Shown here in pieces: positions 12,069 to 22,962 of a stretch of DNA of 64,000 nucleotides. The translations under genes and the position numbers were made by a program. The stretch covers positions 62,001-126,000 of the forward strand of contig NIVC01000854.1 of NCBI GenBank assembly GCA_002269645.1, given 5' to 3'. Under the pieces are notes generated by a model, which worked only from the letters and a program-made list of their open reading frames with translations, was not told where the DNA came from and made no database searches. Every line of letters starts with the position of its first letter. Positions within the stretch are counted from its first letter, which is position 1. The DNA comes from Macrostomum lignano. Lineage: Eukaryota.

Positions 12069-12790
12069 AATTTACCATCTGAAATCTGTGTATATATAAA
12101 AAATCAGCTTCACAGACCTTACTGTTGCTTCAGTGCAGGTCTTCAATCTTGCATAGCGTGATGTTGAAACGTCAGTAACTGCGGGATTTCGCATACAGGC
12201 TAAATAAATTTACCCCCGGAACTACGAAATACCCAACAACAACTGATAACCAATTTTATTTTTGCAATTTACCATCTGAAATCTGTGTTTACATAAAAAA
12301 ATCAGCTTCACAGACCTTACTGTTGCTTCAGTGCAGGTCTTCAATCAAGCATAGCGTGATGTTGAAACGTCAGTAACTGCAGGATTTCGCATACAGGCTA
12401 AATAAATCTACCCCTAGAACTACGAAATACCCAACAACAACTGATAACCAATTTTATTTTTGCAATTTACCATCTGAAATCTGTGTTTATATAAAAAATC
12501 TGCTTCACAGACCTTACTGTTGCTTCAGTGCAGGTCTTCAATCAAGCATAGCGTGATGTTGAAACGTCAGTAACTGCAGAATTTCGCATACAGGCTAAAT
12601 AAATCTACCCCCGGAACTACGAAATACCCAACAACAACTGATAACCAATTTTATTTTTGCAATTTACCATCTGAAATCTGTGTTTATATAAAAAATCTGC
12701 TTCACAGACCTTACTGTTGCTTCAGTGCAGGTCTTCAATCAAGCATAGCGTGATGTTGAAACGTCAGAAACTGTACGATTTCGTAACTAA
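12069..12790. repeat. 197/198-bp tandem repeat, ~3.7 near-identical units
   Basis: Unit starts AATTTACCATCTGAAATCTGTG at 12069, 12266, 12464, 12661. Confidence 0.95.
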
Positions 12791-12869
12791 GGATTTGTAA
12801 CTTCGAATTTGTAAAATAACCAGCTTATACTCGTAGGTAATTATAGAACAACAGCAACAAAAAATACGC

Positions 12870-14270
12870 AGTCGCCCCAGTAGTCAGTGGAGGGAGCGTC
12901 AGATGACATGTCGAAGCGCCAGTAGGCGAATAATCAATTGTCCGGCCTATTGATCGACAGTGTCGGGCGCACCAACGTTGCTCAGGATGCAGTCCACGTA
13001 TCTCTGTGTCCTCGGTCGCTTGAGCCCGCCTGAACTGTTCTAGCAAAGTGAGCGGCAGGATGTCCTGGACAGGCTAGGGCAATAGCCCGGATCACGTAGC
13101 GCCTGTCAGTTGGAGTCGCCGCCTCGCTGCAGGATGGTACATCCTTGAACAGGACGCTTTTGTCAGCCTGAACGCATGGAGCAGCCCCGCGGGCCGAGTG
13201 ATCAAATTGTTTAGCTGTTGCTCCAGCGTGACCGTTAACATCGGGACGCTAGAATTCGCGCGACTGGATTTCGCGCGATCTGGCATTCGAGTGACTGCAT
13301 TTGCGCGACTGGAAATCGCACGACCTGGAATTGAAGCGCGCGACTTCTTTCTAGCGACTGGATTTCACACGACTGGATTTAAATCCAGTCGATCGAAATC
13401 CGGTTGCGCGAAATTCAGTCGCGCGAAATCCAGTCGCACGAAATTCTACGTCGCGCGAAATCTAGTCGCTTGAAGTAAGTCGCGAGAAATGATGCAGTCG
13501 AATTCAATTTCAAGTCGCCTAAAATCATCCGATTCGTGCAAAATCCTGGTGCGCAGAAGACAATTAGCGCAAAATCCAGTAGCGCGAATTCTAGCGTCCC
13601 TTGAACATCCACGTCTCTGCAGCGTTGTCGAGCAACACGGTCTCAACAGCCGAGCCCTCTGACGATCGGGCAGCGCTTTGGACTGAAGGATGGCGCGAAT
13701 CGACCGGTAGGCCGTCCAGGCAAGTCCTCTCGATCTAGATCTGCGTCGCCGAATTTCGTCCTCAACGTTGGGCATCAGACCGTCGAGGTGAACCGCTGAC
13801 AGCGCGCGAGGTTGGTCGTCTGCCCGTCTGCGCCGCGGCATTACGCTGTGGTGACGGCAGACGGCTTGTCTGACCTGTCTGAAACTTCGTTTAGGAGTGC
13901 TACACAGAGCGACACATTCTAGCACCGTTCCTCTTCGTGCTGCTCCTGGCATGGATTGTGCAGCTTCGGAACGGACCCCCTTCAGCAGGCGACGGCTTCC
14001 TGTTGCGCAGACACATCGGTCGCCGCCACAACGAGAAACGCCTGAGCGGTTCTGGGCTACGCCGACGACCTCACACTCCTGTCCTCAACTGTTGATGGCG
14101 CACAGCGCTAGATTAAGGTTGGTCGAGGTGGCATCAAAGCGTCGGCCTATTTGTCGACACGCTGAAAGACCGAGGCGCTGGCATGACCAGCGAGCCGATA
14201 TCCCAGGCGGAGCTGACATATCACCATACAGCGATATGATGGCGTCAACTACATGTAGCTGCTGGGGACT
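12870..14270. mobile_element. Decayed RTE-clade non-LTR retrotransposon: RT core on + (about 13845-14270), downstream part on - (13840-12870), the latter split by a MITE
   Basis: + strand: VVTADG, (GD)TLAPFLFVLLL, LGYADDLTLLSST with frameshifts. - strand: CRGADG, GLAWTAYRSIRAILQSKALPDRQRARL, TWMLTVTLEQQL, RRRLQLTG. Confidence 0.75.
13243..13600. mobile_element. 358-bp fold-back MITE (GGG...CCC termini, 8-9-bp TSD; Mutator/Foldback-like)
   Basis: Perfect TIR GGGACGCTAGAATTCGCGC / GCGCGAATTCTAGCGTCCC; internal CGCGACTGGATTT subrepeats mirrored about GGATTTAAATCC (~13375-13386); flanks TTAACATC and TTGAACATC. Confidence 0.8.
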
Positions 14271-14486
14271 CGACAGGTTCGTAGGACAAAACTCTTAGCA
14301 CTGAATCAAATGCCATAATAATTAAAAACCCTAAAAAATGCCGAGTAAAGGCCGAGACCTTTCACAGAGTCGTGAAAAATCTCGGCCCCTCGGAGTTGTA
14401 ACTCCTTTAATTTCCTATTTTTCCGAGGTTCAGCTTGTACATTGTTTCATTTTACGAAATTGTACCTTTAAATGCATAATCACATG

Positions 14487-14714
14487 CAAGGGCCCGCGTC
14501 ACCGCGCGGGACAGGGGCTGACATCGGGACAACTGTGCATGTCCCTCCTGGTCTGAGTGAAAGCTATGAAAAAGCGAACAAAATGAGTGTCTGTTTGGCA
14601 ATAAAGTTGAGTGTTAAAAACACCGATATAAAAAATAATGTAGGAATTTCGTCACTTAGAATTCTTGACTTTGTCCCCCACCATAAAATCCATAGCGACG
14701 CGCTCACGCCCCTG
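14487..14714. mobile_element. Possible hAT-type MITE
   Basis: 8-bp direct repeat ATCACATG at 14479-14486 and 14715-14722; ends CAAGGGC... and ...GCCCCTG resemble hAT CAGGG termini; TIR short and imperfect. Confidence 0.45.
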
Positions 14715-15014
14715 ATCACATGCAAGTTAAGAATTACATCTAATTGTGCAAAATATTTACATGTTTAATATTTGATCAATTAGATTTGTAAGGTCTGTAG
14801 AGAAATTACAATTAATCAATTCAAGGTGCACTATTGGATTAAATTACATATTGTCTGTATTAAGTTATTGATAGAATTTTTACGACAATTACATGCATTC
14901 TTCTGGAGAAGTAACATCATAATCTTATAAATTACAGGTATCCTATCTTATATTTTTATCTCAATATTTTTATTTCACATGTAATATTCAAAACCCATGT
15001 TTTATAAGGAGCTT

Positions 15015-16702
15015 TGTAGCGTATTCACTAATATTATAAAAGTATTGCAGCTAGCGTATTATAACTACTGTATTCTAGAAACTTCCGCGTAAACACGCAC
15101 TTTCCATATTTGGCGTTTTGAATTCCCGCGCACCCCCTTTCTAGAAACTGCTTCTCGAACTTTCCGGATTCCGGAATGTTCCATCAACACGAATATAAAT
15201 ATACAGCACCCTAGCACGCAATTACTCAAACCCCGTTCTCTCTATTCTTTTCCACACGGAAAACAATCAAAGAAAAATTAAAGCAAACGAACCACCGCGT
15301 TTCACGCCTCAATTATTTTCGCTATTCTACAACTGGTCCGGTGAGGCGTCCAAAATTCATCTGAGTCCCCAGCAGGGGGCTAGGCCGTCGAAGTGCGTGT
15401 AAATATCCGTGTAAATACTGCCTGAATGTAGCATAACGCCATCATCGACATTGCCATCAACGCCATGCCTCATCGTCGTCTGCACGCGCCCGTCGTCCAC
15501 GCCACTACTGGATATAGCTACCGGATGCGTCATACATGTACGACACGATATTAACCTGATCGACGTAATTCTACAAACGTGGTATCGAAGTTGACACGGA
15601 ACTCATCGACGACAGACAGACAAATGCCTACACGGGTATTACCAGGCCGTTCGATAGAGTCTTCCGTGAACCCCACCAAATTCTACGCCAAAATAAGCCG
15701 AAATATCACCAGTCAACCAAGCTGCTATTGACCAAGGAACGCGCTGCTGAAACCTTCGGCGATCGTCTTTATATGACACCTTCCACGAGGTGATCGACAT
15801 CCCGAGGGGCAACCCAGCCTGTCAATCGGTTCGCCTTGTGCGCTCCATCAGCCATGCCCAGCAATATTCAGCGACCGCCCGCCGTCGTCCTCATATTATT
15901 CTCGGGAGTCTGCCTGCAATGCGAAAGGTCGTCCTGCCTGACGATCCGTCGTCCTGGAGTGTGGCTGAGCGTGCCACAAGCATCCCAAGTTCTCCTACCA
16001 GAAGCGCGTTGCGTGTACACCTGCTACGAGATGCCTACCGAAGCAGAGCGACAGCCCGCCTCGACTCACGGTGCACCGATCTTGTTCCGGGTGTCGTCTG
16101 TCTGCATCCTGGCACATTCCGTCTATGTACATTGCTATTCGGCCAATCGGGGGCATCGCAGTAAGGTCTGATTTGCGAAATGACTAATTAATCAAGCAGC
16201 TTGACTTCACCAGTAATAACGTTTCACTTATTATTGAATATGTACATCATCGCCCCTATACTGTAACAGTTTGAAATCTGGATGTACAAACGTAAATGTC
16301 CACCCCCCCCCCAATTCATCATCTAATGTATATATATTTTTTCCTGTACTTCTCCAGGTGACTCCGTCTCCGGCGGGGGAACTGTTGTAGCGTATTCACT
16401 AATATTATAAAAGTATTGCAGCTAGCGTATTATAACTACTGTATTCTAGAAACTTCCGCGTAAACACGCACTTTCCATATTTGGCGTTTTGAATTCCCGC
16501 GCACCCCCTTTCTAGAAACTGCTTCTCGAACTTTCCGGATTCCGGAATGTTCCATCAACACGAATATAAATATACAGCACCCTAGCACGCAATTACTCAA
16601 ACCCCGTTCTCTCTATTCTTTTCCACACGGAAAACAATCAAAGAAAAATTAAAGCAAATGAACCACCGCGTTTCACGCCTCAATTATTTTCGCTATTCTA
16701 CA
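15015..16702 (+). mobile_element. Non-autonomous LTR retroelement (317-bp LTRs, 1054-bp internal region without recognisable pol)
   Basis: LTRs 15015-15331 and 16386-16702 (TGT...ACA), one visible difference (AAACGAA vs AAATGAA); 4-bp TSD GCTT; PBS-like TGGTCCGGTGAGG at 15334; GGCGGGGGAA purine tract before the 3' LTR. Confidence 0.9.
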
Positions 16703-17599
16703 GCTTTAACTTTTACAAATTTTTTAGCGTCAATTGAAACCATTATTTGAATTGCTATTAGTTAATTTATTAATTTACCACAATATTTTTTAGTTCAAAG
16801 TAATTGTAGTTAACTTAATTGTAGTTAACTACTGTCTTTATCAAGTGTAAAAAGAACGAAAATTTTTTTATAATTGTCTACTAGTTTCTTTGTTTATTCA
16901 TTCTACATATTAATTTTTTATCATATTTAGAAGAGTTCTTACTTCATATTGTTATCGTCACATTATCACATACAACGATAATGATAGATCGAGTTGACTC
17001 CGAGATCGAACCGTGGTTTTTTTGAATATTCGCCTCTATAATAGTACTTGTTTCTACCAAAAATATAAATAAAAAAAACGTTTGAATTATATTGTATTTT
17101 ATTCATTTTTTGAAACATTAATGTCAACTTCATTCTTAAAGCAGTAAACATTTGTTTTAATATGCGTTGTAACATATTCCGTTACGGCGGGATTTTAAAG
17201 TACGATTTGGGAACTGGAACTGAAAAACCGGTCATTTCAACAACATTGTCTTTAAATTTACAAAAATCCAATAGAAAATATGCAGACAGTTTTTTGTCTG
17301 TGTAAATATATAAATTCATATATCGTGTTTGATGAATTAGTTTTGCGGTGTGGACAAACCTGGGACACAAATTTGTAAACGAGATGAACATTACGATACT
17401 TTTATGTGATTTTTGGTACAACTGTCATGCTAAAATTTATTTGTTTGCACACTTGTGTTGTGTAAGCCATAATTTTGCATTTCATTATATTGTATTTTTG
17501 TTGAAATCAAAATAGAAACATATTCTATGCTATATATGATAAAATTCTTAAAAATGTATCACTAGATAAGACTCCAGAGTCTCCAGTGAGATTTTAAAA

Positions 17600-20500
17600 T
17601 TTTATATTTCTACAATTTATATAATTAATTACCATAGATGACAAGGTATTTACTCCTGCCATTTACCCAAACCATCAGTACTATTATTGGGGTTGTGGGA
17701 AGATCTATTAATGAGATCATTGTTTCCTCTCGTTTGTATGCCATTTTGGATAGGCCTAGGCCTAATACAATAGTCAAATAGAAAAAAATAAAGTAAAAAA
17801 TAAACAAAAGTTCTGCTCTCTTGCAAAAAAGAGTAAAAATGCTCATTTTTCTACTGTCAGTAGCTTCTTCAAATGCAAAAAATACCTAGGCCCCCTATGC
17901 GAGACACTACACATAAACTAATTATTGCATTGTATTTAAATAGGAAATCTATGCTAGAAATAGCTTTCAAACCTTGTTGCTTCTTTTTCATAATGAAAAA
18001 AGCTATTTTTTAAATTGCTTATGGACATATAGTGTAAAAACTATAACCCAAGAAACCACTTTGTAGGAATACCTTTTTTGGATAGGCCTAAGCCTATGTT
18101 TATTGCAAATTGCAATCAAGACACTCTACAAAGCCCTGTTTGAAACCAAACACATTGAATCATTGCTGTTGTTAGAAATGTTTGAAAAAAAGAAAACAAA
18201 TTTCCACTGGCCAAATAAAAACATTAGGAAAAAAATTTCTTGCTGTTTTGTCTTACAACACATTCAACACACTTCAATTATTATTCTATTAATATCTAGG
18301 CCTAGTCTTTATTTGTGTTTAAATGGGCTTAATTTGCTCTAAATTTCATTTTTCCAAAACTGTTTTTTTCAAGTTATATCTAGTAGGGCCTAGCACAACT
18401 ATTTTTTTGAGGGAGGCAGATTCTGGAAGGTAAAATCCTAGGAGGGGGGGGCAGAGGCCAGAGGGGTTGGCTCTATTTTTGGCAAAAATTTGCTTGATCC
18501 CCCTTTGATTTTTTTAGGTCTTCACCTAAAGGGAGGCAACTGCCCCTTCCCCCCCCCCTTGGTTGCACCACTGGTTGCATCTTCACTTTGGTTTTTTTTT
18601 ACCAAAAAGTAGCCAAACTTTTATCTAATATAACTTGGCATATGTTGCATATAAAAAACTATTGTGTTCCATTTTGTCTAGTTTGCAATGTATATTTTGG
18701 TTTTTTTCTAGCTCATTTGCATATTGAATCTGTTTCAATTTTATGATAGGCACTATTTTTTATCTTTCTGCAACTTTCAGCCTTTTTCAGCTTGTCAGAG
18801 TCTCTACAGTAGACACTAGGCCTACTAGGCCTAATATTAATAAGCATTTCATTTTTTAGGCTAGGCACTATCTAAAAGACTGGTTAAAAACTTTTTTACT
18901 AATATTTTTATATAACTTTTATTAAACTAATTTCTATGCCTAATATGTCCTTTTTTAGCTTTTTATCATTTTATTTATAATAAAAATATATCCAAGCCCT
19001 AGTTAAGCCAAGGGTTGGCAGTTGGACAATATCATATTTTAAGATTTTTGAGACTTAAGATCTATAATAACCATATAAGCCTAAGCCTAATTTAGATTGT
19101 ATATTAATATATGCTAGATCCCAGGTCTAGGCCTAACTAATAGGAGAAAAAGTATAGCCATTGCCATATAAGACTTATTCTAAGACAAAAAGGTTTTTTT
19201 AGCTATGTATGGCAAAGTTGTAGGCTTACTCTTGTTTTTTATTCTAGAATTAATTATTAATATAGAATAGCCTAACAAACAAAAAATATATACTTTTGCA
19301 ATATGGATTGAGAAAAGACAATTATAAAAGAAAAACTTTAAAACTTTTTATTGGCTAAAAAAGGAAAAATAAGGTTAAGGCAGAAAATTTAAAATAGCTT
19401 TTTATTATTCTTTGCTTATTCTATATTGATGGTGTTGCATATAGGCCCCTAATATATTTTATATAAATTCACTTTTTGATTTAAATGTATACTATAATTT
19501 GAAAGTGACATATATCGAAGATTTCCTAACATATAATAAAGGTAGGCTATTGAACATTTTTCAGTATATATTGGCATATGTCTTAGGGCTAATGCCTATC
19601 TTTCAAGATGATCTTATTACTGGCATTAACTGTGGTAGAGCTGCTTTTTCTTTCCTTATAATTTATAATTAGTTGCCAAGTTGTTATAATGATTTTTATA
19701 ATACTTTTACTTTTTTAGATATGAGTATTGCTGGTAGTATATATCCTTATCATCTACTAGTAGCATATATATATACTGTACTTCTAGCCTGAGTGGTCTT
19801 ATGGCACTGTCTATTCTATCCCTATACTCCTCTAAATATTTTTATTTTCTCAGTCCTGGGTTTCTTGGAATCAGAGGGTCATAGCTTACTTGCTAGGTAT
19901 TCTATCCTGTAGAGGTTTCTTAGACTCTAAGTCTATACTATTCTACCCTGTGGTATGATTTTTTTCTTTCTAAGACAATTTCTCATATTCTAAATCTAGA
20001 TATCTCATTCTCTAAGAACAGATTGAATTCTCCTAATCTTGGGGCTATTCCTAAGTCACTATCTACAACTCAAAAAATAAGTAACACAAGAGCAAACACA
20101 AGCCCTGAGGCTGATTGACTTTTGTTTTCAAATAGAATGCCTGGAGCACATGAAGTAAAAGTCTTTGAAAAGCTGAACAAGAAGTGGAAATAAAATGAGT
20201 TTATTTTCTTGGCATTAAACTGGCTTCCTTTTATAGTAAAAATTTTGCTTTAATATAACAACAGTAGTATTTTAAAATGAAGTTCTCTAAGAAACTTTAT
20301 AATAAAAATTGAGGCTTATTACACATATTTGCATATATATTAGGATCAAATGCAGTAACTTTACATAAAATATATTACATACAACCCATAGTTTGGATTG
20401 TGCATTAGTGTATAGCAGGTTTAATGCTAGAAAAACGACAAGACCTTGTTTGTATGCTGCATCTGTGCACCAATACAAACAATACAATAAACAATGTATC

Positions 20501-21100
20501 CACTGTGTCATGTATGCTGGGATATACCCTGATATATGCTGAAAAATGTTAAGACCCTTGTTGTATGCCAGGTATACAACACTATCAATATGGATTCATA
20601 GAACAAAGAATATTAAATAATTAAAGATTAAATGATTATTAAATGATTAAATGATTATTGAATAATTAATAATCAAAGAATAGTAATTAATTAGTATTCA
20701 TTAAAAAAAACAATTTAAACATTGTACCTTTAAAAAACTTATATATTTCTCAGTTTTTCAATAAAAGTATTTAAAGTACTTCCTTAATAATTGTCTCTTC
20801 TCAGTGCATGTTGAAACATGGTATAATTTTTAAGTTTGTTACTCTGCATTATTAATAAATTCAAGAATGAAAAAAGTGTAAAACTTTGGTGTACAAAGTT
20901 AAAAACATTTTTAGGCCCAGGTACGCTGGTATATAAATGTGGTCTTGTACTTTTTCTTTCACTGCACCCAATGAGTACACTAATACACAATCCAAACTAT
21001 GACATGTATGCAGATATGCCATAAAAATAGGCCAAAAAATCTAGCTTTGAATCGGTTTATGGGCAAATTATTATTGATAAAATACTCAGCTAACTTTTAA
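17600..21100. other. AT-rich, CpG-depleted, TAGGCCTA-enriched domain upstream of RBM22
   Basis: About 6 CpG counted in 17641-21060; 7 exact TAGGCCTA between 17751 and 19135. Confidence 0.8.
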
Positions 21101-21125
21101 TCCAAAAATCCCCTTTCATGCTGGC

Positions 21126-22962
21126 ATGGCTCACTCCAAAGGCACCAACACTTACAATCGACAGAACTGGGAGGATGCGGAGTTTCCCATCCTGTGCCAG
21201 ACTTGTCTGGGAGAAAATCCCTACTTAAGAATGATGAAGGAGCGCTATGGTAAAGAGTGCAAGATTTGCACCAGGCCATTCACCGTGTTCCGCTGGTGTC
21301 CCGGGCCGAAGTCGCGATTTAAAAAGACAGAAGTCTGTCAGACCTGCGCTAAGATTAAAAATGTCTGCCAGACCTGCATTCTGGACCTGCAGTACGGACT
21401 GCCAGTTGAGGTTCGGGATAAAGCGCTTAAGATTAACGAGAAACTGCCTAAATCCGATGTGGGGCGCGAGTATTATATGCAGCAGGTTGAGCGAGTGCTG
21501 GCTGACGACCCAACTGTGCCATGGCAGGTGAGAACTGTGGACATTGCACTGTGTTTTAATTTATTCATAAATCATGCAATGAGTGCAATGCTTGTTTTTG
21601 ATGCTATCACGTCATTTAACCAGTCATATACTCACCAATCTAGGCATTCACACCCTCCTTCACTTGCTCATAGTTATTCACACCCTCCTTCACTTGCTCA
21701 TAGTTATTCACTTCGATATTCTCTCACTTACTCAATCACTCAATCACTTACTCAATCAATTACTCACTCCATCACTCAATCACTCACTCAATCACTCAAT
21801 CACTCGCTCACTCACTTACTCAATTACTCACTCACCCACACCGTGTAAACCAGTTATTATTTATTAAAAATAAAAACAAATATGCTCCAAAAATATACTC
21901 GTATATAACAACCTGAACACAGAACCAGGCTCTGACTGCCGGCGCTCTGACGGCCGGCGGCGGGGGTGGCGGCAGCGGCGTTGGTGGCAGCGGCGCTCTG
22001 GCAGCCCTAGCAGGCGGCAGCGGCGGCGGCGGTAAGGCTCCGGCGCCGTCCTCGGAGATGCTGCACCGGCTGGCCAGAACTACGCCATATTATAAGCGGA
22101 ACCGGCCGCATATTTGCAGCTTCTACGTTAAAGGCGAATGCAGACGCGGCGAGGAGTGTCCGTATAGGTGAGCGGTTGGATTTTGCCCCTGTGCCACTCA
22201 CCTATGCGCCCTGTGCTACTCACCTGTGCACATGTGCCCCTGTGCTACTCACCTGTGCGCCCTGTGCTACTCACCTGTGCGCCCTGTGCTACTCACCTGT
22301 GCACATGTGCCCCTGTGCTACTCACCTGTGCGCCCTGTGCTACTCACCTGTGCGCCCTGTGCTACTCACCTGTGCCCCTGTGCTACTCACCTGTGCCCCC
22401 TGTGCTACTCACCTGTGCCCCTGTACTACTCACCTGTGCCCCCTGTGCTACTCACCTGTGCCCCTGTGCTACTCACCTGTGCGCCCTGTGCTACTCACCT
22501 GTGCGCCCTGTGCTACTCACCTGTGCCCATTCACTAAAAGTTCTATTTACCAGGTAACGAACGACATGACAGTGTTGAAAAACCAAAGCTTTCACCTGTC
22601 CATCCCACAGGCACGAGCGCCCAACAGATCCCGACGACCCGCTGTCCGAGCAGAACATCCGCGATCGCTACCACGGCACAAACGATCCCGTGGCTAACAA
22701 GCTCATGACTAAATACGCCACTATTCAACAGCAGCGAGAGGAGGCCGCGCTGGCTGCTCTGGAGGCTGGGCCGTCGTCAGAGTCATCGTCCGCGGCTGCG
22801 GCTTCAACTTCGAAAGCTTCAGCATCGGGTAGTTCGGCTTCAACTGAGCCGCTACCGCCAGGCGTTCCCAGCCTGCTGCCAGGGCTGTCATCGGGCGGTG
22901 GTGGCAGCAGCAGCTACCCCAGCCAGGACCCGGCCAGAATGGGCGGCTTCGCCAAGCGATGA
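21126..22962 (+). CDS. RBM22: Pre-mRNA-splicing factor RBM22 (Slt11/Ecm2-Cwc2 family) lacking the RRM
   Basis: Exons 21126-21527, 21923-22167, 22611-22962; [26 protein letters not shown]..., CCCH finger [44 protein letters not shown] and terminal [10 protein letters not shown]. Confidence 0.95.
21640..21840. repeat. (CACT/CAAT)n-like microsatellite in RBM22 intron 1
   Basis: Direct inspection. Confidence 0.85.
22186..22527. repeat. 20-22-bp minisatellite (CTGTGCTACTCACCTGTGCGCC) in RBM22 intron 2
   Basis: Direct inspection; explains the spurious ORFs at 22168-22697. Confidence 0.95.

Noticed and set aside
12069-12790. Regular repeat arrays as a possible CRISPR (also 46075-47072 and the 30-bp arrays)
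   Set aside because: Units are contiguous with no unique spacers, there are no cas genes, and the context is spliceosomal eukaryotic DNA.
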